Positions 53,101 to 63,861 of a DNA stretch of 64,000 nt are shown here, one piece after another. The notes under the pieces were generated by a model. The model ran no database searches, was not told the DNA's origin, and was given only the letters and a program-made list of their open reading frames with translations. This DNA is from Phyllobates terribilis (Eukaryota). The position numbers and the translations under genes are program-made. Positions within the stretch are counted from its first letter, which is position 1; every line of letters begins with the position of its first letter. Location: NCBI RefSeq assembly GCF_046119375.1, contig NW_027362768.1, positions 385,020,001-385,084,000 on the forward strand, read 5' to 3'.

Positions 53101-56100
53101 CCTGTATTATACTCCAGAGCTGCACTCACTATTCTGCGCCTTCAGAGGTGAAATTCCCTGCTTGTTCAGTTGCCCTGGTGGTTTCTATTCTTGCACCTGC
53201 CTTTGCAGTGGGGTCTGTACAGTCCTGATGATGCAGGCATAACTAAGTGCCCCCACATTATATGATCTCAGCTGTTGGGGGTTATTGTCCTTGTGTAGAT
53301 AGTAGATTATTTTCCTCCTGTGCCGGATTATCAGGATTTCGGGACCATCAGGTTCTGTACTGATAGATATTTCTGTGGTGTTAACCATTTCCTGCATGTA
53401 TTTCTTTCTCTGTAGAAGACCCTCAGACTCCGCAGTTGGAGTATAAATGGTGTAATGTTGGCGTCCTGGAATACGACGAACAGAGGAAACTCTACTTAGT
53501 CCACAAGTCCTCGGGATTCCAGCTCCGGAGCGCAGCAGACAGCGGGACCCCTCACACAGGTGCCGGGGTGTGGGGGGGGCTGCATCTTGGAAATGCTGAA
53601 ACGTTAAAGGGATTGTCCAGGAATTAGCAGGGCTTCAGACCTCCGCCAATCTGATACTGATGACCTAAGAGCTGACACCCCCGTTATCTACAGAGATCCA
53701 CATTTATTAAGAAAGGTGTCGATAAAAAGGAGGGAATGTAGAAGAAGCTTTAAAAAAGTAGCACATTTTGGTGCCTTTTGTTTTGGCGGCAGCGGCCGGG
53801 TGTGCGCCCCCAAAGGGTTCTGCCTCTTACATCAGTTTACTCAGTTTTTTATTGTTCAAAAGTTTCGAGAAAAGTTGTAATTTATTTTCACAATTTTACA
53901 CTTTTTTGGGGGCTTCGTTTTCGCCCAAACCATCAGAAACTGCACATCTCGTCATGAAAATGATTGCACCGAGAAGGAGGAGGAAGATGGAAATCTCAGG
54001 AGGGAGACGGCGCGTAGAAGACTGGAGACAACATGATCACAAACCCTGGATGTCTCCAGTCTGAAGTCCGAGCCTCGTGCAGAAATCCCGGCAGCTCCGG
54101 CCTCGGCTGCGGTCACTGAGGTCATTAATGGTCGTCTGAGGAAGGAAATCATCAGGGTCCGCTGCCGGCAGCTCCTGTGTAATCACCGACCAATGACGTC
54201 CCCGATGTCCTCGATAGAGACAAGTCCAGAGACCCTGCAGCCACAGGAGACAAATCCAGAGACACTGCAGCCGCGGGAGACAAGTCCAGAGGCCCTGCAG
54301 CTACGGGTGACAGGTCCGGAGATGCTGCAGCCGCGGGAGACAAGTCCGGAGACGCTGCAGCCGCGGGAGACAAATCCAGAGACGCTGCAGCCACAGGAGA
54401 CAAGTCCGGAGAAGCTGCAGCCGCGGGAAACAAGTCCGGAGAAGCTGCAGCCGCGGGAGACAAATCCAGAGACGCTGCAGCCGCGGGAGACAAGTCCAGA
54501 GGCCCTGCAGCTACGGGTGACAGGTCCGGTGACGCTGCAGCTGCGGGAGACAAGTCTGGAGATGCTGCAGCCGCGGGAGACAAATCCAGAGACGCTGCAG
54601 CCACAGGAGACAAGTCCGGAGAAGCTGCAGCCGCGGGAGACAAGTCCGGAGAAGCTGCAGCCACGGGAGACAAATCCAGAGACGCTGCAGCCGCGGGAGA
54701 CAAGTCCGGAGACGCTGCAGCCACGGATGACAAGTCCGGAGACGCTGCAGCCGCGGGAGACAAGTCCAGAGACACTGCAGCCGCGGGAGACAAGTCCGGA
54801 GACGCTACAGCCACAGGAGACAAGTCCGGAGAAGCTGCAGCCGCGGGAGACAAGTCCGGAGAAGCTGCAGCCACGGGAGACAAATCCAGAGACGCTGCAG
54901 CCACAGGAGACAAGTCCGGAGAAGCTGCAGCCGCGGGAGACAAGTCCGGAGAAGCTGCAGCCATGGGAGACAAATCCAGAGACGCTGCAGCCGCGGGAGA
55001 CAAGTCCGGAGACGCTGCAGCCACGGATGACAAGTCCGGAGACGCTGCAGCCGCGGGAGACAAGTCCAGAGACACTGCAGCCGCGGGAGACAAGTCCGGA
55101 GAAGCTGCAGCCGCGGGAGACAAGTCCGGAGAAGCTGCAGCCGCGGGAGACAAGTCCGGAGAAGCTGCAGCCGCGGGAGACAAGTCCGGAGACGCTGCAG
55201 CCGCGGGAGACAAGTCCGGAGACGCTGCTGCCGCGGGAGACAAGTCCGGAGACGCTGCTGCCGCGGGAGACAAGTCCGGAGACGCTGCTGCCGCGGGAGA
55301 CAAGTCCGGAGACGCTGCTGCCGCGGGAGACAAGTCCGGAGACGCTGCAGCCATGGGAGACAAGTCCGGAGACGCTGCTGCCGCGGGAGACAAGTCCGGA
55401 GACGCTGCATTGTGCAGAAACCTCGTGGCGCTCAGACTCCAGACTGAATACATTGAGTTTTGATCATGTTGTTTCCACTTTCCATCAGTCACAGATCAGT
55501 GACGTCTCCGTCCTGTGATCTCCATCTTTCCTTCTTGTTGGTGCTGTGATATGAATGTTGAGTGTAATTGATAAATCTGTATTATTTAGAGGTCCGGCCT
55601 CCATTAAGCAGCGGTGCGGCCTCAGTCATATAGTACAGGGCAGATTTTTGATCATTTCCCCATTATTTCCTGTCTTTATCAGGGGTGCCCCCGGTGGCCA
55701 CCTTCCAGTACTGGGTTCCCCGGATCAGGCTGCTGTTTTGCGCTGAGAATCCACGTATGTTTGCGCGGAGGATTATAGCGGCCGAGCAGCTGCGGAGGAA
55801 GACGGAGGCTGCGCTCCTGTACAACCTGTACGTGGACTGTATGCCGGCGAGCGGCAGTCGTAGGATCACGGCACAGAGTCTGAGCAGCATGAAGCAGCGA
55901 CTGCTGAGCACGGCGCGCCTGAAGAAGGACGAGAAGTACGAAGGGCACTGGATACGGGGGAGAGAGTGCCGGCCTGTACATCTTGTACCCACATAGTGTA
56001 GGGTTAAGTGGCCATATAGTGTAGGGTTAGGTGGTCCTATATACCATGTGGTCATATAGTGTAGGGTTAGGTGGTCCCATATACCATGTGCCCATATAGT

Positions 56101-59100
56101 GTTGGGTTAGGTGGTCCCATATACCATGTGCCCATATAATGTAGTGTTAGGTGGTCCCATATACCATGTGCCCATATAGTGTTTTGTTAGGTGGTCCCAT
56201 ATACCATGTGATCATATAGTGTAGGGTTAGTTGGTCCCATATACCATGTGCCCATATAGTGTAGGGTTAGGTGGTCCCATATACCATGTGCCCATATAGT
56301 GTAGGGTTAGGTGGTCCCATATACCATGTGATCATATAGTGTAGGGTTAGGTGGTCCCAGATACCATGTGATCATATAGTGTAGGGTTAGGTGGTCCCAT
56401 ATACCATGTGCCCATGTAGTGTAGGGTTTGGTGGTCCCATATACCATGTGCCCATATAGTGTAGGGTTAGGTGGTCCCATATACCATGTGATCATATTGT
56501 GTAGGGTTAGGTGGTCCCATATACCATGTGATCATATAGTGTAGGGTTAGGTGGTCCCATATACCATGTGATCATATAGTGTAGGGTTAGGTGGTCCCAT
56601 ATACCATGTGATCATATTGTGTAGGGTTAGGTGGTCCCATATACCATGTGATCATATAGTGTAGGGTTAGGTGGTCCCATATACCATGTGCCCATATAGT
56701 GTAGGGTTAGGTGGTTCCATATACCATGTGATCATATAGTGTAGGGTTAGGTGGTCCCATATACCATGTGATCATATAGTGTAGGGTTAGGTGGTCTCAT
56801 ATACCATGTGCCCATATAGTGTAGGGTTAGGTGGTCCCATATACCATGTGATCATATAGTGTAGGGTTAGGTGGTCTTATATACCATGTGATCATATTGT
56901 GTAGGGTTAGGTGGTCCCATATACCATGTGATCATATAGTGTAGGGTTAGGTGGTCCTATATACCATGTGGTCATATAGTGTAGGGTTAGGTGGTCCCAT
57001 ATACCATGTGATCATATAGTGTAGGGTTAGGTGGTCCCATATACCATGTGCCCATATAGTGTAGGGTTAGGTGGTCCCATATACCATGTGATCATATAGT
57101 GTAGGGTTAGGTGGTCTCATATACCATGTGATCATATAGTGTAGGGTTAGATGGTCCCATATACCATGTGATCATATAGTGTAGGGTTAGGTGGTCCCAT
57201 ATACCATGTGATCATATAGTGTAGGGTTAGGTGACCCCATATACCATGTGATCATATAGTGTAGGGTTAGGTGGTCTCATATACCATGTGATCATATAGT
57301 GTAGGGTTAGGTGGTGTCATATACCATGTGATCATATAGTGTAGGGTTAGGTGGTCTCATATACCATGTGATCATATAGTGTAGGGTTAGGTGGTCCCAT
57401 ATACCATGTGATCATATAGTGTAGGGTTAGGTGGTCCCATATACCATGTGATCATATAGTGTAGGGTTAGGTGGTCCCATATACCATGTGATCATATAGT
57501 GTAGGGTTAGGTGGTCCCATATACCATGTGATCATATAGTGTAGGGTTTGGTGGTCCCATATACCATGTGATCATATAGTGTAGGGTTAGGTGGTCCCAT
57601 ATACCATGTGCCCATATAGTGTAGGGTTAGGTGGTCCCATATACCATGTGATCATATTGTGTAGGGTTAGGTGGTCCCATATACCATGTGATCATATAGT
57701 GTAGGGTTAGGTGGTCTCATATACCATGTGGTCATATAGTGTTGGGTTAGGTGGTCCCATATACCATGTGCCCATATAGTGTAGGGTTAGGTGGTCCCAT
57801 ATACCATGTGATCATATAGTGTAGGGTTAGGTGGTCCCATATACCATGTGATCATATAGTGTAGGGTTAGGTGGTCCCATATACCATGTGATCATATAGT
57901 GTAGGGTTAGGTGGTCCCATATACCATGTGATCATATAGTGTAGGGTTTGGTGGTCCCATATACCATGTGATCATATAGTGTAGGGTTAGGTGGTCCCAT
58001 ATACCATGTGATCATATAGTGTAGGGTTAGGTGGTTCCATGTTCTCAGAGCCACAGTGAGAGTCCTATAATCCGGCACCTGATAGTCCATACAATGGTGG
58101 TGGTGACTGCTGACACTGTGCGCCATGTTGCGGTCATGCTCGGGGTGGCGGTACACACTGTGTTGTGTTATTTCCCCAGCGTTCATCTTCAGTTGGAACA
58201 TCTAGAGATGGAGATCGGCCTGGACTTCGAGCGCGCCATGAACAAGCTCGTCTTCAACCGACTCATCTCCTCCAAACCTCACAAGTTTCCTTACGTCACT
58301 GTCCCCGATGAGGCCGAGGACAAGACCCCGAGCAGAGGTAGAGGATTCCCCGGGGTCTGTCGGCCAAAAACATCACTGCAAGAAGGGGGAAGTGAAGACT
58401 TTCTTGTTCACTTTGGCCCCGCTTTTATCATTTGTGATTTTGTTGCAGTCACTTTATTTTTCTCTTGGGTTTTATTTCCCAATTTTTGCCCCAAATTCTT
58501 CAAAAATGGCGCACTAGGTCTCCACCGGTTTTCAGTCCCTGGCACCAGACTCATCCATTTCTCTTCTTCATCGCAGGATTAATTGATATTCCCAAATATC
58601 CATTTGCCAAAAAACGTTCAGCGTTCACGTTCGCCACCCTCCTGACCCGGTCCGAGGTCATCACCTCCCTCTGCAAAGTGCGCAGCGAATGCAACAAGGC
58701 GTCCGCCATGTCCCTGTTTCATTGCACCCTGACCAAGTGCGTGCGGCTGGAGGAGTTCGAGCAGACGCAGTCCCAGGCCTTCTCCCAGGTAAAGCCGTCC
58801 CCGCATGTTCCTCCATCACACGCAGAGCCGCATCACGTCCTCTAGTCACAGCCAGAGCTGCCCTCACTATTTTAATGGCTGTGACTGGGAATGTGCGCTG
58901 CAGCATGAGCGGCCAGCCGCAGACACTGAACCAGCAGGAGCACCAGGTCCTCTGGACTACGAGGTCGCTCTGCTTGCTGTCAGTGAATGGTATATTGATT
59001 ATATATAGTCAGAGGCGAGTGTCCAACCTGCTGCCATGAGATGTGCCCGTCCTAACGAGCCGGACCCCGATGTGCGCAGCTCGTGGTCAGGACGTGATTC

Positions 59101-62100
59101 CAGCCACTGGATCCTAAACAATGAAATGTTCCATTATTTGACATTGGATACAAAAAGTATATAAGAAAAGAGGAGCACTGAGTGTTAGGCCATGATTAAA
59201 CGTTATTTACAGAGGATTGAACCGTCCCTTTAAGATGCTTGATCTGGACAAGTAGGCGAAGCCCAGAGACCCCCCATCATCATCATCACCAATGGACGGA
59301 GCTTTTGATGGTCCTTGTCTGGTCTTTGTCCAGGTCCAGTTGTTCCTGAAGGACGGCTGGGTGAGCACCCTGAAGAACGCGGTGCGCGGCAGCCTGAGAG
59401 ACGTGGGCAAAGGCTGGTACGACCTGAGCGAGTGCAACTGGGAGGTGTACGGCATGTCCAAACTGCGGCAACTCATGGAGCTCATCAAGTTCAACCTGCA
59501 GGACTCCCTGCGCTTCCTGGTGCAGGACTCCATCGTCAGCTTCACCCAGTTCATCCTGGACGCCTGCTACAGCGTCTTGTCATGTCCGGAGGAGATGGAT
59601 TGGGGGGGCGACCTCATCAACAGCCCATACAAGTAAGACACCATGTACCACAGCCCCCTGTCTGCTCACCCTGTGTACAGATTACTTCTGTATTATACTC
59701 CAGAGCTGCACTCACTGTGTGTACAGATTACTTCAGTATTATACTCCAGAGCTGCACTCACTGCATGTACAGATTACTTCTGTATTATACTCCAGAGCTG
59801 CACTCACTGTGTGTACAGATTATTTCTGTATTATACTCCAGAGCTGTGCTCACTGTTCTGCTCCTGGAGGTGTATTGTACTGTGGATGGCTCCTTGCTGT
59901 GATTTCTTCTGATCAGATTTTATGGATTTGTTGTTATATTTAATTGCTTTCTATTGAAGACCTCGGAAGAATCCGATTTTCCTGCTGGACCTGGTGCTGG
60001 ATGGCTCGGGGGCGCACTTCAGCTCTCCGCCGGAGCACTTTGAGGCTTCGCTCATGACTTTGTTTGATAAAGGGATTCTGGCAACTCACAGCGTCCCCCA
60101 ACTGGAGAAAGTGAGTGCAAAGTGTCCCTCCTCATCTTCCTCGCCCTCCTCCTCATCTTCCTCACCCTCCTCATCTTCCTCCTCGTCCTCCTCACCGTCC
60201 TCCTCCTCACCGTCCTCCTCCTCACCGTCCTCCTCCTCACCGTCCTCCTCACCGTCCTCCTCACCGTCCTCCTCACCGTCCTCCTCATCCTTCTCACCGT
60301 CCTTCTCATCCTTCTCACCATCCTCCTCATCCTCCTCACCATCCTCCTCATCCTTCTCACCGTCCTCCTCATCCTCCTTACCCTCCTCCTCATCTTCTTT
60401 ACCCTCCTCCTCATCTTCTTTACCCTCATCCTCATCTTTCTCACCATCCTCCTCATCTTTCTCACCGTCCTCCTCATCTTCCTCACCGTCCTTCTCATCC
60501 TTCTCACCATCCTCCTCATCCTCCTTACTCTCCTCCTCATCCTTCTCACCGTCCTCCTCATCCTCCTCACCGTTCTCCTCATCCTCCTCACCGTCCTCCT
60601 CATCCTTCTCACCGTCCTCATCTTCCTCACCGTCCTCATCTTCCTCACCCTCCTTCTCACCATCCTCCTCATCCTCCTTACCCTCCTCCTCATCCTTCTT
60701 ACCCTCCTCCTCATCCTTCTCACCGTCCTCCTCATCCTCCTCACCGTCCTCCTCATCCTTCTCATCTTCCTCACCCTCCTCATCTTTCTCACCATCCTTC
60801 TCACCATCCTCCTCACCGTCCTCCTCATCCTCCTCACCGTCCTCCTCATCCTCCTTACCCACCTCAGTCCCACGGGGAAGTTTAAAATCAGAATAATGAA
60901 GTATTTGTCACAGCCCATCCCCAGTGACTGACAACCTGCCTGTACATCCCTCCATCTGTCACATTGCTGACATCCTCTGTGCTGTCGATACTGCTGCATT
61001 TGAGCCTCCACTCTCTCCCCCTGTAGTTTGTGTTGGAGGACCTCTTCGTCAGTGGCACTCCGCTGCTGGAGTCTGTCGGCCTGCACGAGCCCGCGGTGGA
61101 GGAGCTGCGCAGCAACATCCGCGCGGCCATCTGTAAAGCGCTGATACCACTTAAAGCCTACGCCAAGCAATACGAGAAATACCTGGAGCTCAACAACACC
61201 GACGTGGAGATGTATATGAGGTGATGGCAGTGCACTTACTTTAAGGGCACTGCTCAGTTGGGGGAGAATAAATACACAACCACATTACCGTTTTTTTCAG
61301 CAGAACTCTCCAAGCGAAGAACCCGACGGCGGCCGAGGTGAGACAGGCGGCCGAGGAGCATCTCCTGGAGAAAGAGCGGCTGGACCACGCGCTGCCCAAC
61401 TCCGTCATCATCGGCCCCTTCCAGATCAGTATAGAGGGGGTGAAGCAGAACATGTCCCGGAAGAGAAAGGCCCTGGCTACCGCTCTGCTGGAGTTACTGG
61501 CCAAGAACGTGCACAAGGCGGTGGAGGAGGTAGAGGCCATTGATGTATTGGGCATTGGCCGCTGCGTCGCTGTTAGCTCTCAGGCTCCTGTCTGGTCATA
61601 CAGCTTTGCTGGCTTCGTCCTGCTGTGCGGTGTTTCATTCTGGGCACATAACTCTTTTATTTCTGCTCCTGATCTCGCCTTTCCCTTTTTTCCTGTCTCA
61701 GATTTCGGAGCAGTTCAGAGCCATCAGTCGCAAACTATATGAGAAGCCAAACAGCGTGGAGGAGCTGACCGAGCTCCGAGAGTGGATGAAGGGGGTCCCC
61801 GAGGAGATGAGATCCCTAGAGGTGAGAGATTTACTACTATCATACCACCCTGTCTCCTGCCCTGATGAACTATCCTGCCGCACCATTGTGTAGATAGTCA
61901 GACTCGCCTTAGAGAGGCAGAGCTGGTTTATTACCACCTCTGCCTTCCTGATCGCTGTATACATTGTCCTGAATCAGAGCTGTGTATAGCGTTCAGGAAA
62001 AGTCCTCGGGATCCCGTGATCACCAGCTGCCAGGAATCTGCGGGATCTCAAGAAGTTCCTGCAAAAATATATTCTACTATTATAGGGAAAGTGACAAAAG

Positions 62101-63391
62101 GAAAATAATGGAAAAAAAAGCCACCGCCATGGCAAAGCTGACGTATCCAGCCCCACCCAAATGCAAAAAAACGATACCCAATATATACAAGTAATGGTGA
62201 CAGAACGGAGTCTGAACCAACAAACCTGCCGCCGGCTTTTATATTCCCAGTCGATATTGCCAAAAAAAGAAAAAAAATGCAAATATAAAAAAAATAGGAG
62301 GCAGAAAACATTTAGCATAACCAAGCGAGAAATAAATCAGGTACTTCCATGTGTGCAGAGAGCGGACGGCGGCTCCTGACGTCCCTCATTCAGGTGCAAT
62401 CGACGCTTTGTCTCCATCTTTGTTTTAGGAGCAAATAGCGAAAGTTCTTGGGGATTACGAGGTCATTGACGACTTCTTCTACAGCTTGTCCCAGGATGAC
62501 TTCAATGCCAAGTGAGTGCATCCCCAGTGATGGGGTGTATGGGAGGGTCCCGAGAATGCGACCCCTTCACTGAACTCCCCATATTGCTCTATCGTTAGGT
62601 GGGCCGTCATCGCCTGGCCCCATAAGATACTGACGACCATGGACACCATCCGGGAGCAGCACCTGGAAGATGAGGAAAGGTTCCGCAAAATCCAAGTCAT
62701 GGACCAGAACAATTTCTTGGAGAAACTGGACACCTTACAGGTCGGCACATTACCGATGTCGGTGTCGTGACCTTTGATGTGATGGAATCAGAGGAAATCC
62801 TCGATACATTGATTCTGGGCTGGCGGAGGGGGGATACGGACCACCAGAATATCGGAGGCTCTGTTCTCTCATTTCCATCACTCTTTATTTTATCGGTAAT
62901 ATATTTTTCGGAGTTTCATCTTTGTCCCTAGATGGTGGTCGCCGGATTCTCCACCCACGTCGATATACACCGCGCACACGAAATCGCCAACGAGGTCCGA
63001 AGAGTTCACAAGCAGCTGAAAGAGTCGCAGCAGCAGGCTCAGCTCTACAACAACAGGGAGCGGCTCTTCAGCCTCCCGGTCACCAACGTAAGTACCACTC
63101 ATCATCATCATCCTCTTATGATGTAACCATAGGCTCTACCCAGATAAGTCACATATTTTCTGGTACTCGGCCCTATTTTTCTTGTCTGACAGTATGACAA
63201 GCTTCTAAGACTGGTGAAAGACTTCCAGCCCTTCCGGGACCTATGGACCACGGTCTCAGACTGGATGCGATGGCACGAGAGCTGGATGAACGACCCGCTT
63301 TCCGCCATCGATGCAGAGCAGCTGGAGAAAAATGTAATGGAGTCGTATAAAAACATGCACAAGTGCGTCAAGCATTTCCGAGACATTCCAG
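37915..63391 (+). CDS. DNAH1: Dynein axonemal heavy chain 1, 5' portion (18 coding exons, 3064 nt; gene continues beyond window)
   Basis: All exons GT-AG with consistent phases; peptides match recalled DNAH1 N-terminal tail (KYPVIRQRGFYSDIL, YWVPRIRLLFCAE, LLYNLYVDCMP, KLYEKPNSVEEL, WMNDPLSAIDAEQLEKNV). Confidence 0.96.
38241..38313 (+). CDS. DNAH1: DNAH1 coding exon 2
   Basis: DLNAGPSVQPDLLRQADEERNTPK; 73 bp. Confidence 0.88.
38429..39248. repeat. 34-bp minisatellite, about 24 copies
   Basis: Unit tacatggggtgtagctcccgtcacccgggctcag; period 34 checked (38431 to 38465). Confidence 0.95.
39249..51541. repeat. 41-bp satellite with 32-bp deletion variants, about 300 copies (12.3 kb), DNAH1 intron
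   Basis: Unit tacatggggtgtctcgcccgtctcgtgcgctccgggctcag; short form lacks cccgtctcg. Confidence 0.97.
51600..51774 (+). CDS. DNAH1: DNAH1 coding exon 3
   Basis: SSFVAPSDF...GYEPKVQLPFTVPPGQCPRKIELE; 175 bp. Confidence 0.92.
51814..51973. mobile_element. 160-bp MITE with 31-bp terminal inverted repeats
   Basis: acagctgagggtttgttacaattgtatccag ... ctggatgcaattgtaacataccctcagctgt (2 mismatches). Confidence 0.8.
52043..52187 (+). CDS. DNAH1: DNAH1 coding exon 4
   Basis: RRREYLNLNISQILTNEGVDSNLLVPR...LPTYLPLE; 145 bp. Confidence 0.9.
52355..52487 (+). CDS. DNAH1: DNAH1 coding exon 5
   Basis: VFDNEEFDIRTPADWLSLG...KPVPGQALLPVDDVLGH; 133 bp. Confidence 0.93.
52491..53136. repeat. 86-bp tandem repeat, about 7.5 copies (same family as 7703-8328)
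   Basis: Same unit; starts 3 bp after the donor at 52488. Confidence 0.95.
53416..53559 (+). CDS. DNAH1: DNAH1 coding exon 6
   Basis: DPQTPQLEYKWCNVGVLEYDEQRKLYLVHK...; donor GTGCCG is weak, so the 3' edge is less certain. Confidence 0.85.
53966..55544. mobile_element. Foldback/MITE-like element copy B containing an expanded 30-bp minisatellite
   Basis: Left end (reverse complement) gtctccctcctgagatttccatcttcc...ggtgc matches right end gtctccgtcctgtgatctccatctttcc...ggtgc; internal homology to 9020-9800. Confidence 0.7.
54217..55408. repeat. 30-bp minisatellite, about 40 copies
   Basis: Unit gagacaagtccggagacgctgcagccgcgg. Confidence 0.95.
55683..55935 (+). CDS. DNAH1: DNAH1 coding exon 7
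   Basis: VPPVATFQYWVPRIRLLFCAENPRMFARR...LLYNLYVDCMP...; 253 bp. Confidence 0.93.
55991..58040. repeat. 40-bp minisatellite, about 50 copies, most carrying TAGGGTTAGG
   Basis: Unit tatagtgtagggttaggtggtcccatataccatgtgatca. Confidence 0.97.
58180..58337 (+). CDS. DNAH1: DNAH1 coding exon 8
   Basis: VHLQLEHLEMEIGLDFERAMNKLVFNRLISSKPHKFPYVTVP; 158 bp. Confidence 0.93.
58577..58788 (+). CDS. DNAH1: DNAH1 coding exon 9
   Basis: LIDIPKYPF...LLTRSEVITSLCKVRSECNK...EEFEQTQSQAFSQ; 212 bp. Confidence 0.94.
59334..59632 (+). CDS. DNAH1: DNAH1 coding exon 10
   Basis: VQLFLKDGWVSTLK...KGWYDLSECNWEVYGMSKLRQLMEL...DLINSPY; 299 bp. Confidence 0.95.
59672..59856. repeat. 46-bp tandem repeat, 4 copies (CCAGAGCTGCACTCAC core)
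   Basis: tacagatt anchors at 59676, 59722, 59768, 59814. Confidence 0.9.
59960..60110 (+). CDS. DNAH1: DNAH1 coding exon 11
   Basis: PRKNPIFLLDLVLDGSG...LFDKGILATHSVPQLEK; 151 bp. Confidence 0.94.
60127..60858. repeat. Degenerate (TCC/TCA/TCT)n trinucleotide tract in DNAH1 intron
   Basis: Pyrimidine-rich 3-bp periodicity starting about 16 bp after the GTGAGT donor at 60111. Confidence 0.93.
61027..61220 (+). CDS. DNAH1: DNAH1 coding exon 12
   Basis: FVLEDLFVSGTPLLESVGLHEPAVEELR...YLELNNTDVEMYM; 194 bp. Confidence 0.95.
61304..61529 (+). CDS. DNAH1: DNAH1 coding exon 13
   Basis: TLQAKNPTAAEVRQ...LPNSVIIGPFQI...RKRKALATALLELLAKNVHKAVEE; 226 bp. Confidence 0.93.
61702..61821 (+). CDS. DNAH1: DNAH1 coding exon 14
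   Basis: ISEQFRAISRKLYEKPNSVEELTELREWMKGVPEEMRSLE; 120 bp. Confidence 0.95.
62429..62511 (+). CDS. DNAH1: DNAH1 coding exon 15
   Basis: EQIAKVLGDYEVIDDFFYSLSQDDFNA; 83 bp. Confidence 0.93.
62599..62740 (+). CDS. DNAH1: DNAH1 coding exon 16
   Basis: WAVIAWPHKIL...EDEERFRKIQVMDQNNFLEKLDTLQ; 142 bp. Confidence 0.94.
62932..63087 (+). CDS. DNAH1: DNAH1 coding exon 17
   Basis: MVVAGFSTHVDIHRAHEIANEVRRV...LYNNRERLFSLPVTN; 156 bp. Confidence 0.95.
63193..63391 (+). CDS. DNAH1: DNAH1 coding exon 18
   Basis: YDKLLRLVKDFQPFRDLWTTVSDWMRWHESWMNDPLSAIDAEQLEKNV...FRDIP; 199 bp. Confidence 0.95.
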
Positions 63392-63434
63392 GTGGGATCA
63401 CGTGTACGACCTGTGTGCGTAGGGCTGTGTAGCT

Positions 63435-63861
63435 GCTCTCCCGCTGACTACATCGATACCTTTCTTGTAGAAATCCTCCCAGACACTGCTGAGAAATCTG
63501 AGGTTGAAGCTGTATGCAAATAAGGCACGAGTGCATTGGGGCGTGACAAAGCACTGCCATCTCTCCGGCCCTCACTGCTTACTTCCCCGCCTGTCGCCTC
63601 CCTCCTGTGTTTGATTGACAGATCATTCCAGCCTCTGTCATCTCCCGCCCCTCACCGAGATCTCGTGCAAACAGCAGACTGACCTGTCAATCAAATGCAG
63701 ATGCCGGCGGGTAATAAGCAGTGAGGGCCGGAGAGATGGAAGTGCTTTGACACGCCCTAATGCACTAGTGTCTCCTTTGCATATAACTTTAACATCAGAT
63801 TTCTCATCAATGGCTGTGAGGATTTCTACACCAAAGGTATTGATTTACTCAGCGTGAGAGC
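63435..63861. mobile_element. About 430-bp palindromic foldback element (MITE-like)
   Basis: 63530-63581 and 63715-63766 are inverted with 3 mismatches in 52; outer arms also pair (gatacctttcttgtagaaatcct / aggatttctacaccaaaggtatt), as does the inner tttgattgacag / ctgtcaatcaaa. Confidence 0.85.

Noticed and set aside
54193-55518. 441-aa mucin-like ETSPETLQPR repeat ORF
   Set aside because: 30-bp minisatellite inside a foldback element, open in several frames on both strands; DNAH1 exons 6 and 7 join in phase across it
21546-58040. CRISPR-like appearance of regular 30-49-bp repeats
   Set aside because: Units are head-to-tail with no unique spacers, there are no cas genes, and the context is a eukaryotic spliced-gene locus
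5064-60858. Idea that all intronic arrays are G-rich on the sense strand
   Set aside because: True for several arrays but contradicted by the WDR82 purine tract and the DNAH1 TCC tract, both pyrimidine-rich on the sense strand
60052-61170. Poly-Glu/Asp, poly-Leu and Arg/Met ORFs
   Set aside because: Trinucleotide-periodic intronic repeat
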